Source of the DNA: Coprothermobacterota bacterium
GTDB taxonomy: Bacteria > Coprothermobacterota > HKB111
Direction: 5' to 3'
DNA: 35,797 nt
NCBI GenBank assembly: GCA_037440465.1
Contig: JBBIUB010000014.1
Location: 1 to 35,797, forward strand
The position numbers were made by a program, and so were the translations under genes. Below, in pieces: positions 1 to 9,061 of the stretch (within the stretch, counting starts at the first letter, position 1; every line of letters starts with the position of its first letter). The notes beneath the pieces were generated by a model. The model was not told the DNA's origin. It worked only from the letters and a program-made list of their open reading frames with translations, and did no database searches.

Positions 1-53
1 ATGGTTCCCACATTAAGATGGGGTTTCTTTCTAACAAACTTTGCTTTGCTCAT
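1..53 (-). CDS. tuf: Elongation factor Tu, 5' end only (continues beyond window)
   Basis: Manual translation from ATG at 53 gives MSKAKFVRKKPHLNVGT, matching the EF-Tu N-terminus. AGGAGG SD at 58-63. Follows the Thr-Tyr-Gly-Thr tRNA cluster. Confidence 0.95.
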   Translation of the reverse strand, partial: MSKAKFVRKKPHLNVGT

Positions 54-91
54 AATGCCTCCTGTAACCTTATTATTATAAAAATTAACAT

Positions 92-167
92 TGGAGCCCA
101 GGACCGGGATTGAACCGGTGACCTTATCCTTACCAAGGATACGCTCTACCAGCTGAGCTACCTGGGC
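92..167 (-). tRNA. tRNA-Thr(GGT)
   Basis: GCCCAGG...TAGCTCAGCTGGTAGAGC, anticodon loop TTGGTAA, GGTTCAATCC T-arm, encoded CCA; 76 nt. Confidence 0.97.
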
Positions 168-169
168 TC

Positions 170-244
170 TGGAGCGGGCAACGGGATTCGAACCCGCGAC
201 CCCCAGCTTGGAAGGCTAGCGCTCTACCGCTGAGCTACACCCGC
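170..244 (-). tRNA. tRNA-Gly(TCC)
   Basis: GCGGGTGTAGCTCAGCGGTAGAGC, anticodon loop CTTCCAA, GGTTCGAATCC, encoded CCA. Confidence 0.97.
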
Positions 245-245
245 A

Positions 246-331
246 TGGTGGGGAGAGAAGGATTCGAACCTCCGAAGGCGTCAGCCAGCTGATTTACAGT
301 CAGCCCCCTTTAACCACTTGGGTATCTCCCC
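246..331 (-). tRNA. tRNA-Tyr(GTA)
   Basis: GGGGAGATACCCAAGTGG..., anticodon loop CTGTAAA, long variable arm, GGTTCGAATCC, CCA; 86 nt. Confidence 0.97.
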
Positions 332-348
332 ACTTAAATATAACTTAC

Positions 349-424
349 TGGAGCCGACGGAGGGGGTCGAACCCACGACCTGCTGATTACAAATCAGCCG
401 CTCTACCAGCTGAGCTACATCGGC
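349..424 (-). tRNA. tRNA-Thr(TGT)
   Basis: GCCGATGTAGCTCAGCTGGTAGAGC, anticodon loop TTTGTAA, GGTTCGAC, CCA; 76 nt. Confidence 0.97.
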
Positions 425-438
425 CACAAGTAGCATAT

Positions 439-467
439 ATTATAACCTATATTTATTATAAAGTAAA
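439..467 (-). promoter_or_regulatory. Sigma-70-type promoter of the tRNA-tuf operon
   Basis: TTTACT (467-462), 17 bp spacer, TATAAT (444-439), just upstream of the first tRNA. Confidence 0.65.
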
Positions 468-595
468 ACATCCCTGCTGTGAATTCATATCAGGATGACA
501 CAGAAAGGATAATAAGTTCAGCTTAACAAATTGAGTTGCTTAACAAGTATTTAAATAGATTCAATGAGGTGGTGGTTTTATGGTAAACTAAACTA

Positions 596-1612
596 ATGCC
601 TATAGAGAAAATTCTCATAGTAGGAGCAGGTGCCATAGGTGGTTCTACTGGGTTCAGGCTGATAAAAGCTGGATATCAGACCTTTTTTCTTATTAAAAGC
701 GAAGATTCGCATGACCTGCAAATTAAGCTGTATGGTGAAACCAAATGGGAAGCACTCCCACCCTCTTCTTTCATTACGAGTAGAAGCCTCAAAGGAAACT
801 ACGACCTCGCTATTCTGGCTGTTAAATCTTATGATACAGAAACCACCCTTAAAGCCCTTAACAAAGCCCTAAAACCACGTGGTTTAATTCTCTCTTTACA
901 GAATGGAGTAGGTAATGAAGAACTACTGCTTGGTTACTTCCCTTCACATCAAATTCTTGGCGGTATTATTACTACCTCGGTAAGTCATCTTGAGAAAGGC
1001 AAAATTACTGAAGAAACCAGCGGAGGAATAGGAATTGCTCCATATAACAGAGAAATAAAGGATGTATTTTCAAAAGCAGGTTATAGAGTAAACACTTATC
1101 CTGACTACAGACCGCTTAAGTGGAATAAACTTCTTCTAAATATTTGGGGAAACGCTATCTCTGCTATTCTGGATATGGATATAGAAGAGATATATAAACA
1201 CCCACGCCTTTTTCACATAGATTTTAAAGCATATAAGGAGGCCACCATGGTAATGAGAGCCCTCAGGCTACCTTTTATGAACCTTCCGGGATATCCTCTC
1301 CAACTATTTCAGCTTTTGACATATTCAGGAGAAGGTTTCCTGAGAAAAATACTTTACAAAAAGTTTGCCAGCGGAAGAGGTAGCAAGGAAGCTTCTCTTA
1401 GAATTGACCTCAAAAAACATAAAGAAAAGACAGAGGCTCCATACCTTTATGGACAGGTTGCCAGATATGGCAGGATATTGGGTATAGATACACCAATAAA
1501 CCAACATCTTTTTGAGCTAACTGAAGGGATTGCCAGAAAGATAATACCCTGGGAAAAATTCAGGGGTAAGGAAAGTGCCCTTTTATCCTACTTAGAAGGT
1601 ACTTTCCTCTGA
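596..1612 (+). CDS. panE: Ketopantoate reductase family protein (PanE/ApbA)
   Basis: GAGAIG Rossmann motif, AVKSYD, SLQNGVG, W.KL..N catalytic Lys region. Confidence 0.85.
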   Translation: MPIEKILIVGAGAIGGSTGFRLIKAGYQTFFLIKSEDSHDLQIKLYGETKWEALPPSSFITSRSLKGNYDLAILAVKSYDTETTLKALNKALKPRGLILSLQNGVGNEELLLGYFPSHQILGGIITTSVSHLEKGKITEETSGGIGIAPYNREIKDVFSKAGYRVNTYPDYRPLKWNKLLLNIWGNAISAILDMDIEEIYKHPRLFHIDFKAYKEATMVMRALRLPFMNLPGYPLQLFQLLTYSGEGFLRKILYKKFASGRGSKEASLRIDLKKHKEKTEAPYLYGQVARYGRILGIDTPINQHLFELTEGIARKIIPWEKFRGKESALLSYLEGTFL

Positions 1613-3318
1613 AGTTCATACATCTCTAAAATCTCAGTTACTGTGGTAGCTTGTTCGGCTGTTTTATCATCTCTTAGAAAACCTACAACTCTGGGAAAAC
1701 GAAGGGCATAACCAGGATTATTGTTAACCTTACCGCAGGTGTGAACAGGACTGCGAGTTATCTCGTCCGCTTGAACAACCACTACCAATCCTGGTTCTAC
1801 CCAGGCATCTACTTCAATCTCTGAATCTACACGAGCGTGCTTGTGAGGTATAGCCCTTTTCTCTAAAATCTCATTAAAACGAATCCACTCCTCTTCTGTA
1901 GGTCCAGTACCAATCTTACCAATAGTTTTAAATCTGTCTTCCTTCTCATCATAAACTCCCACCAGAAGAGCCCCTATCCCAAACTTAGTACGCTGCCCTC
2001 TTCCCTTGAAATACCCCAAAAGTACAGCATCAATAGTATCACTCAAAATAGCCTGATAACCTCTTTTAAGTTTAATCCAGTTAAAATAACGACCTCCAGC
2101 CTTATATGGTGCATCTAACCTCTTAGCCATGACACCTTCAAGACCCTGTTCAACTAGAGAATAAAGGAGATTCTCAATCTCCTGAGGGTCTTCAGTAAAA
2201 ACCACAGGCGTTGGCTCTATCACATCTCCATTACCAATAGATTCTTCAAGAAGCTTCCTCCTTAAATAATAAGGTTTTTCTGTCACATCCTCACCATTAA
2301 GATATAAAAGGTCAAAGGCAAAGAGCTTAAGAGGGAATTTAACTGCCATTTCTTCAATGTCGTATTTCCTTTTTCTCTGGGCAGTAGTCTGAAAAGGATA
2401 GTACTCACCAGAATCAGGGTTATAAGCTACCGCTTCACCTTCCAAAATAGCACTCTCAGCTTTAATCTGTTTAAAAATTCCTTCAACTAAGTCGGGAAAC
2501 ATAACTGTAGTATCCTCAAGGTTCCGGGAGAAGATTGAAACTTTGCCGTCTTTAAGATGAACCTGGCACCTAAAACCATCATATTTTGGCTCAATGGAAC
2601 TTTTACCTATTTTTTTTACTATCTCTTCTCCACTACTCAAGCGCTCTGCTAAAGCCATCCTGATAGGGCGCCCAACACTAACCTTAAGTCCTTCAATACC
2701 GGGTATGCCTTCCCTTAAAAAAGTCTGAGCAACATAACCTAAATCTGATGTAAGACTATATGCCCTTTCCAGAAGTGGTCTCAAGCCTTTATTGCCCTGG
2801 TAAGTAAAAGAAATAGCATCAAGAATAGTAGGGTCTCCAACTCCTAATCTGAGATTCCCCAGAATCATACGGGTAATATATTTTGCTTCTTCATTTCCAG
2901 TATCTTTAAGAAGCTGGCTGAATATCTCAACCTTTTTGCCTACTGAGCCTTCTCCGCTGGAAACTGCTATTTGATAAAGACGCTCATATACCTCAAGGAT
3001 GGGAAGCTCACTTGAAGCGTGAGGTATGCTGTATCTGGAAACCTCCCCAAGGTCGCCTGCCTCCTTATATCTGGAATAAATTTTCCAATCTTTTAAACCA
3101 CTTGCTGAAGATATTGATTTAAGACATAATTTCTCTGAAACTCCAAATTCCAGAGGAAGATAGTATGGAACAAGCCTACCTTGTAAAAGATAGATAGTTT
3201 TATCCATTTCTTCAATGGACACTTCCTGGAAAAGACAGCTGAGAATCTCCACCATCTGGTTTCTTTTAGTGGTTTCTTCTAACTTTTTAAGATAAACAGT
3301 AAATTTAGAAAATAACAA
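1588..3318 (-). CDS. ATP-dependent DNA ligase, full-length archaeal/eukaryotic type (DBD, adenylation and OB domains)
   Basis: Motif I EPKYDGFR, III LEGE, IIIa FDLL, IV EGVMAK, V WIKLK, VI RFPR. N-terminal DNA-binding domain with LRLGVG. TTG start. Confidence 0.92.
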   Translation of the reverse strand: MLFSKFTVYLKKLEETTKRNQMVEILSCLFQEVSIEEMDKTIYLLQGRLVPYYLPLEFGVSEKLCLKSISSASGLKDWKIYSRYKEAGDLGEVSRYSIPHASSELPILEVYERLYQIAVSSGEGSVGKKVEIFSQLLKDTGNEEAKYITRMILGNLRLGVGDPTILDAISFTYQGNKGLRPLLERAYSLTSDLGYVAQTFLREGIPGIEGLKVSVGRPIRMALAERLSSGEEIVKKIGKSSIEPKYDGFRCQVHLKDGKVSIFSRNLEDTTVMFPDLVEGIFKQIKAESAILEGEAVAYNPDSGEYYPFQTTAQRKRKYDIEEMAVKFPLKLFAFDLLYLNGEDVTEKPYYLRRKLLEESIGNGDVIEPTPVVFTEDPQEIENLLYSLVEQGLEGVMAKRLDAPYKAGGRYFNWIKLKRGYQAILSDTIDAVLLGYFKGRGQRTKFGIGALLVGVYDEKEDRFKTIGKIGTGPTEEEWIRFNEILEKRAIPHKHARVDSEIEVDAWVEPGLVVVVQADEITRSPVHTCGKVNNNPGYALRFPRVVGFLRDDKTAEQATTVTEILEMYELQRKVPSK

Positions 3319-3326
3319 TTCGGTCT

Positions 3327-3812
3327 TTATTTGGTATGGCGGTCTGCCACCTTGGAAGCTCCATAGGCATCTGGTTTTACCACTGGGTGAAAACCACTAC
3401 CTAAAACCATACCCACAACATCTTTTATAAGCTCTTTGGTATGAGGTGAACCCCCAACATCTAAATGAACTTCTACCGGTGTTTCCGAAAATCCATTGCT
3501 GGTCAGGAAAGAGTTAACTAAACCCGCCATTTCCAGGCTCAAGGAAGTTTCATACATAATACGCTGCTTTAGCCTTACTACTTTGGGAAACTCTCTCTTT
3601 TGATAAAAGTATATGGCTCCAGTACCTACTCTATGGATAATAATAGCAGTCACCAGGTGAAGTGAAGTATCAGAGAAACCATCTGTACCCACGATGAAGG
3701 TGTAGTTTCTTTCTTTTTCTTCTTCAATAAAATGGGTTATCTTCTCAAATACTTCCTTCTGACTCAACAACCCCCAGGTAGGACTAATAAAATTCTTATT
3801 TGCTACTTCCAT
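3327..3812 (-). CDS. RNase H-like YkuK/DUF458 family protein
   Basis: IVGTD, TAIIIHRVGTGA, ETSLSL, EVHLDVG, KPDAYGASKVADRHTK family signatures. Confidence 0.85.
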   Translation of the reverse strand: MEVANKNFISPTWGLLSQKEVFEKITHFIEEEKERNYTFIVGTDGFSDTSLHLVTAIIIHRVGTGAIYFYQKREFPKVVRLKQRIMYETSLSLEMAGLVNSFLTSNGFSETPVEVHLDVGGSPHTKELIKDVVGMVLGSGFHPVVKPDAYGASKVADRHTK

Positions 3813-4174
3813 GCCACATCCTTAATAAAATCAACCAGTCTTTTTATTGTTTCTTCCTGAAGGACATGCTCTATTGAGCAGGCGTCTTTCTCAGCTGTTA
3901 CCTCAGAAACTCCCAGATATGTCAAAAAACTAACCAGTAATTTATGTTTCCCTGAAACCTTACGACCCCGTTCCTCTCCCTGTTCGGTAAGAGTTACTTC
4001 ACCATAGAAAGGCTGGCTTACCAGGCCTTCGTGCTTAAGGCGAGTAAGCATCTGTGAAACGGCAGACCTACTCACTTCCAGAACTTCAGATACTTTAGTT
4101 ACTGTTACCGGACCTTCATTAGAAAGCTCGTATATAGCTTCTAAATAATCTTCTAAAGCCTTTTCTTCCTTCAT
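3803..4174 (-). CDS. DtxR/MntR family metal-dependent transcriptional regulator
   Basis: EDYLEAIY, wHTH VSRSAVSQML, H..L..FL, DAC.IEH metal-binding motifs; no SH3/FeoA tail. Confidence 0.9.
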   Translation of the reverse strand: MKEEKALEDYLEAIYELSNEGPVTVTKVSEVLEVSRSAVSQMLTRLKHEGLVSQPFYGEVTLTEQGEERGRKVSGKHKLLVSFLTYLGVSEVTAEKDACSIEHVLQEETIKRLVDFIKDVAWK

Positions 4175-4205
4175 AATATTATTATACTACTGCATGGAGA
4201 AAAGA

Positions 4206-5450
4206 TTATGAACCGACAGCAGCTCTTCTGGAAGCCTTCAATTCTATTTCTCTATAGAGAACCTCTCCCAGTCTACTTATGGCTTCCTTAATTTCTACTT
4301 CACTAACCTGAGAGAAAGACAACCTGATGGTATTCTTACCCCTGCCTTCCACATGAAAGGCAGAACCTACTACATAAGCCACCTTGTTCTCTATTGCACG
4401 CATAAACATGTCATCAGCACTCATATCTATAGGAAGAGTAAGCCATACAAAAAAACCACCATGAGGATAAGTATATTTGATTTCAGGAGGGAAATAAGTT
4501 CTGATAGCATCTATCATAGCATTTCTCTTTTTGGTATATTCCTTAGCCATATACTCCACATGGGGTTTTAGATAACCTCTACGACAGTATTCATAGGTCG
4601 CATATTGTCCTAGAGAAGTGGTACACAAATCAGCAGACTGTTTGGCTATGACGACTTTTCTCACCAGGGTCTTATCTCCCATAAACCAGCCAAGTCTTAA
4701 GCCAGGGAAGAGAATCTTAGAAAAGGTTCTAATATAAATGACCCTACTTTCGGTATCAAAGTACTTAACAGGAGGAAGTTTCTCTCCTTCAAATATCAGG
4801 TCACCATAAGGGTTATCCTCAACTACGAGCAGGTTAAACCTATCAGCAATATCCAGAAGTCTTTTTCTGCGCTCCAGGCTCATGGTGACACCAGCAGGAT
4901 TCTGGAAATTGGGAATCACATAAACCAGCTTGGGTTTTTTATTAATCTTTATTAACTCTTCACATTTACTCTCCAGGGCTTCTAATATTAATCCTTCGCT
5001 ATCCATAGAAACTGGTACAACATTAATATGAAAAGCTTTAAAAGCAGTCAATGCTCCCACATAAGATGGCTCCTCTACTAGAATCGTATCTCCTGGGTCC
5101 AGAAGGACTTTACATAAAAGGTCAAAGCTCTGCTGTGAACCTATGGTGATAATCATTTGCTCCAGGTCAAGGTTAATACTTTCTTCTACCTTTTCATAAT
5201 TTATCAACCACTCTCTGAGCTCTTTCACACCTTCCGTGGTGCCATATTGAAGTGCTTTGCTAGGGACGGCTTCCAGCGCATAATCCATAGCTTCTTTAAA
5301 TTTTTCAGTGGGGAAAAGCCTGGGGTCAGGATAACCACCACCCAGGGAAATAATGGATGGGTCAGAACTGTACTTCATAAGTTCACGAATAGCAGAAGAA
5401 ACAAGACCTTTATTCGCCCGCTCGGAGAAAAACTCCTCAACCTTTAACAT
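4206..5450 (-). CDS. PLP-dependent aminotransferase class I (LysN/2-aminoadipate transaminase-like)
   Basis: SLGGGYP, PNFQNPAG, EDNPY, TFSKILFPGLRLGW (PLP Lys), RLSF. Confidence 0.88.
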   Translation of the reverse strand: MLKVEEFFSERANKGLVSSAIRELMKYSSDPSIISLGGGYPDPRLFPTEKFKEAMDYALEAVPSKALQYGTTEGVKELREWLINYEKVEESINLDLEQMIITIGSQQSFDLLCKVLLDPGDTILVEEPSYVGALTAFKAFHINVVPVSMDSEGLILEALESKCEELIKINKKPKLVYVIPNFQNPAGVTMSLERRKRLLDIADRFNLLVVEDNPYGDLIFEGEKLPPVKYFDTESRVIYIRTFSKILFPGLRLGWFMGDKTLVRKVVIAKQSADLCTTSLGQYATYEYCRRGYLKPHVEYMAKEYTKKRNAMIDAIRTYFPPEIKYTYPHGGFFVWLTLPIDMSADDMFMRAIENKVAYVVGSAFHVEGRGKNTIRLSFSQVSEVEIKEAISRLGEVLYREIELKASRRAAVGS

Positions 5451-5559
5451 AAAAACCTCCTTTTTGAAATTTAAAAACCTCCCACCTGGATTTCTCCAGT
5501 TTAAGAGGTTTTATAGTCGTATTTTATAGTTGTTCAGGTTAATATCCATAACCTATTCT

Positions 5560-5588
5560 ATTATAAACTGAAGCTTGAGTAAGGTCAA
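5560..5588 (-). promoter_or_regulatory. Sigma-70-type promoter of the aminotransferase gene
   Basis: TTGACC (5588-5583), 17 bp spacer, TATAAT (5565-5560). Confidence 0.7.
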
Positions 5589-5765
5589 GCAATTGTAAGC
5601 GTCCATAACCTATTGGACTTTTGAGGGTCCTGGATAAATGGTAGCTATTGAGGTTTATAGCCCAATAAGTTTCAGAACTTTTGTAGTCAAAATCATTACC
5701 AGGGGGGTAATCTATGGGTATTATTTAAATGCAGAGTATTTTCATGATTTATTTTAATATTATCC

Positions 5766-5830
5766 TCCTGAATTTAGTTCAGGATCTATCTTTTTTAAAG
5801 ACAAGACCCTGAAGCAAGTTCAGGGTGACA
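5766..5830. repeat. REP-like doublet of related palindromes
   Basis: TCCTGAA-N5-TTCAGGA (5766-5784) and ACCCTGAA-N5-TTCAGGGT-GACA (5806-5830), downstream of the kce stop. Confidence 0.65.
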
Positions 5831-5863
5831 TCAGGGCAGGGCCTAAAGTGACGTAAATCAAGT

Positions 5864-6685
5864 TTACCTTTTTTTAAAATTCAAAATCTGTCTGGTTTCT
5901 TCGGGGGTGGCGATTTCTCTACCCAGGGCACGGCTGATGTTAGCTACTCTTTCTACCAGCTCAGCGTTAGAGGTGGCTTTTACACCTTTTCGGAGGTAAA
6001 GATTATCCTCAAAACCTACCCGAACATGACCCCCCATCATAATTGCCATAGTTGCCAGGGGTAGTTCCCATCGTCCTATGCCTGCTGCCATCCAGGTGGA
6101 ATCCGGTGGTATAAGTTCTACCAGATAAAGGAGATTTTTGAAGCTTCCAGGCATACCACCAGGAACTCCCAAGACAAAGTCAAAATGAAGAGGTGGTGTG
6201 AGTAATCCTTTACCCACCAGCCTGAGGGCGTTCTGTATAAAGCCAGCCTCAAAGATCTCAATCTCAGGAGTGATGCCTTTCTCTTTCATAAAAGAGGCCA
6301 GTTTCTCTATAAAAGTTGGTGAGTTATAAAAAACACTATCTCCGAAGTTGACTGTGCCTGTGGTAAGGGTTGCCATCTCTGGAGTTAAGGTCAAAGGCTC
6401 TAACCTTTCCTCTTCTGTCATTCCCACAGCCCCACCGGTAGAGGCCTGAATGATGATGTCTGGAACAGTTTTTCTGATTTCCTCAATAACCTCATTAAAC
6501 CTATCCGCTTTCTGGGTTGGCCTGCCATCTTTATCTCTGACATGGAGATGTACTATTGAAGCACCTGCCTCGCGAGACTTAAAAACTTCCAGAGCTACCT
6601 CTTCGGGGGTAATAGGTAAATAAGGGTGTTCCTCTTTAGATATCTCTGCTCCCACAGGGGAAACTGTAATCACCAGTTTTTCCAT
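5864..6685 (-). CDS. kce: 3-keto-5-aminohexanoate cleavage enzyme (BKACE family)
   Basis: VHLHVRD Zn-His motif, STGG, RVGFEDN; context next to kamDE. Confidence 0.9.
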   Translation of the reverse strand: MEKLVITVSPVGAEISKEEHPYLPITPEEVALEVFKSREAGASIVHLHVRDKDGRPTQKADRFNEVIEEIRKTVPDIIIQASTGGAVGMTEEERLEPLTLTPEMATLTTGTVNFGDSVFYNSPTFIEKLASFMKEKGITPEIEIFEAGFIQNALRLVGKGLLTPPLHFDFVLGVPGGMPGSFKNLLYLVELIPPDSTWMAAGIGRWELPLATMAIMMGGHVRVGFEDNLYLRKGVKATSNAELVERVANISRALGREIATPEETRQILNFKKR

Positions 6686-7470
6686 TTTACTCTCCTTGTT
6701 CTACCTTTCATTCTTTCCCCTCTAACACACCCCTTTATCCCCTCTTGATAGTCCTCCATTATCCTTTTCACAATGAATGATGCCACTTGTGCAGGAAGGG
6801 TATGTGGACCAAAACCGGCATCATAACCTATCTCCAGGGCAAGCTCCCTACTGATATAAGGACCACCACATATCATTATAACTTTATCCCTCAAGGCAGA
6901 TCCTTCCACCAACTCCACCAGTTGGGTAAGGTTGTGAATATGACTGTTCTTCTGCGTGACCACCTGAGATACTAAAATGACATCAGCCTTATAATCCATG
7001 ACTTTCTCAAGAAGAGTTTCTGGTGGAACTTGAGAACCCAAGTTATGAACGGTAAAACTGGGATACCTCTCTAAACCCACATCTCCAGCGAATCCTTTAG
7101 CGTTCAATATGGCATCTATTCCCACCGTGTGAGCATCAGAGCCAATGGTAGCACCTACAATCACGAGCTTTCTACCTATCTTCTCTTCAATTAGTCGGTT
7201 AATTTCCCAGTAATCAAGGGTTACTTCTTCTTCAATATCCTCTCCCAGAATCTCTGACTCTACGCTGTGGATGAGATTTCCATAAACGATATAGAAAGAA
7301 AAGCCTTCCCCCAGGTCTCGGGAAAAGACAATCCGAGGGTCCATTATGCCCATTTTTATTACCAGTTCACGAGCTGCTTTTTTACCACGAGTGCTAAGAG
7401 GAAGTGGTAAAGAGAAGGAGATCTGAACAGCTCCATCGTTTAAAGTATCTCCATAGGGTTTAATCTCCAT
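6670..7470 (-). CDS. kamE: D-lysine/beta-lysine 5,6-aminomutase beta subunit (B12-binding)
   Basis: IKPYGDTLNDG N-terminus, DAHTVG (DxHxxG) followed by the PLP Lys in NAKG, YDAGFGP. Confidence 0.93.
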   Translation of the reverse strand: MEIKPYGDTLNDGAVQISFSLPLPLSTRGKKAARELVIKMGIMDPRIVFSRDLGEGFSFYIVYGNLIHSVESEILGEDIEEEVTLDYWEINRLIEEKIGRKLVIVGATIGSDAHTVGIDAILNAKGFAGDVGLERYPSFTVHNLGSQVPPETLLEKVMDYKADVILVSQVVTQKNSHIHNLTQLVELVEGSALRDKVIMICGGPYISRELALEIGYDAGFGPHTLPAQVASFIVKRIMEDYQEGIKGCVRGERMKGRTRRVKWKNW

Positions 7471-9061
7471 AGTTAGTACCTCTTGATATAATTGTTCCGG
7501 GAAGGATATTTAAGAAGGGATTAAAATAGTCGCGAGCTTTGGCAAATACGCCTTCCAGCCCACGACCACCCTTGAGCGGTCTCTTGATTTCAGCAAAAGA
7601 ACCCTGAGCCAGAGCTTCAAAGAGACCTACTCCCTTAATCTCTCTTAATACCTCAACACCATTATTCAGCACTTCTATAGCCCTCTTCCTCATAAGCGAA
7701 TCTTCTCTCAATCTAAATTCTCCCATAAGGGATTTTGCTGCTTTTCTGAAGTAAAGAGCATTTTCTAAACTGAGGAAACGGTCCTGAACATAAGGAGTAT
7801 GCATGGCTTCAGTAGGCATACCCAGAAGTAGGATTTCCTGCTTAGTCATTACTCCAATTAGGTTAAAGGCAGCATTGAGAACCATGCCTCTAAATATGTC
7901 TCCGGTCATAAATCGGGTGGGTGGCATATATTTTATGGGGGATTGGGGGAAGAGTTCTCTTACCAACCAAGCCTGAGCTAATTCGTTAAGGAAAGAGTCT
8001 TCTTCTGATGGGTCCATCTCAAAGGCGTGTCCCATCCCAATAAGTCGGGGTGGAAGGCCGGATAATAATGCTAAGTGATGGTTAATAAGCTGGGAAGCTG
8101 TAACAGTATGAGCCATCTCTTTAGCATCCACAGTCTTTATAAGATTATCTTCACCTGTAACTATAGTGATTCCAGCCAGAGACAGTATACGTCGGCTAAA
8201 TTCCTGGTCAGTAAGAGTCCTCGTGCTGTTTATATCCCGGAAAAGGATACCGTAGATAGCATCGTTCACCATTATATCCAGACCTTCCAGTGCTCCCAGG
8301 GTAGCTATCTCGGGCATAGCTAACCCTGAACAATAATTAACCAGACGGATATAACGCCCCAGTTTAAGAGATACTTCATCAAGGGCTTTCCTCATAAGAG
8401 CAAAATTCTCCTGTGTGGCAACTGTGCCACCAAAGCCTTCCGTGGTTATTCCGTAGGGAATGTAATCTAACAGGCTTTGAGCAGTAGTTCTGATGACAGC
8501 AATAATATCTGCTCCCATCATGGCAGCAGACTTTGCTTGCTTGACATCTTCATAGATGTTCCCAGAAGCTACGATGACATATAGTAAGGGTTTCTCCCCG
8601 GGAGTCAGGCTATCTATCATCTCCTGCCGCTTCCTTCTCATACCCAGGAGGTCTTCAATACTTCTACTTACTAATGAAGTCATAAGTTCTTTAACCTTTT
8701 TCTCATCCTGTGGGAAAATAGTGCCAAGATCAATTGCCCCTGTAGCTACACCTTCCACAGCTTCCTGCAAAGTCTTACCATTTGAAATAATAACTTCACC
8801 AAGAGTAAAAAGAGCGCCTCTGGAAAGCTTCCCTTCTCTGGCACATTTATCAATGAAAATGTTGACCCAGGGAACACCTTCTTCGTTAGCTCCCTTTACA
8901 CCTAAAAGGCGGAGAGACGCTCTTTCAATAGCAAAAGTAGAATAAGTTTTAACCTTATTATGGACCTCTTCGGCAATCCCTTTCCCAAGAGAAAAAGCTT
9001 CTTCTTTTAAGGATATTGGAAGAGATAATATTTCTATATCATCAGGAGCAGTGTCATTCAT
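7460..9061 (-). CDS. kamD: Lysine 5,6-aminomutase alpha subunit
   Basis: YVIVASGNIYED, RTTAQSLLDY, TEGFGGT, NYCSGL, KYMPPT, EAMHTP. Confidence 0.93.
   Translation of the reverse strand: MNDTAPDDIEILSLPISLKEEAFSLGKGIAEEVHNKVKTYSTFAIERASLRLLGVKGANEEGVPWVNIFIDKCAREGKLSRGALFTLGEVIISNGKTLQEAVEGVATGAIDLGTIFPQDEKKVKELMTSLVSRSIEDLLGMRRKRQEMIDSLTPGEKPLLYVIVASGNIYEDVKQAKSAAMMGADIIAVIRTTAQSLLDYIPYGITTEGFGGTVATQENFALMRKALDEVSLKLGRYIRLVNYCSGLAMPEIATLGALEGLDIMVNDAIYGILFRDINSTRTLTDQEFSRRILSLAGITIVTGEDNLIKTVDAKEMAHTVTASQLINHHLALLSGLPPRLIGMGHAFEMDPSEEDSFLNELAQAWLVRELFPQSPIKYMPPTRFMTGDIFRGMVLNAAFNLIGVMTKQEILLLGMPTEAMHTPYVQDRFLSLENALYFRKAAKSLMGEFRLREDSLMRKRAIEVLNNGVEVLREIKGVGLFEALAQGSFAEIKRPLKGGRGLEGVFAKARDYFNPFLNILPGTIISRGTNYGD

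Noticed and set aside
521..546. GCTTAACAA direct repeat upstream of panE
   Set aside because: A 9-bp AT-rich match is too short to distinguish from chance.
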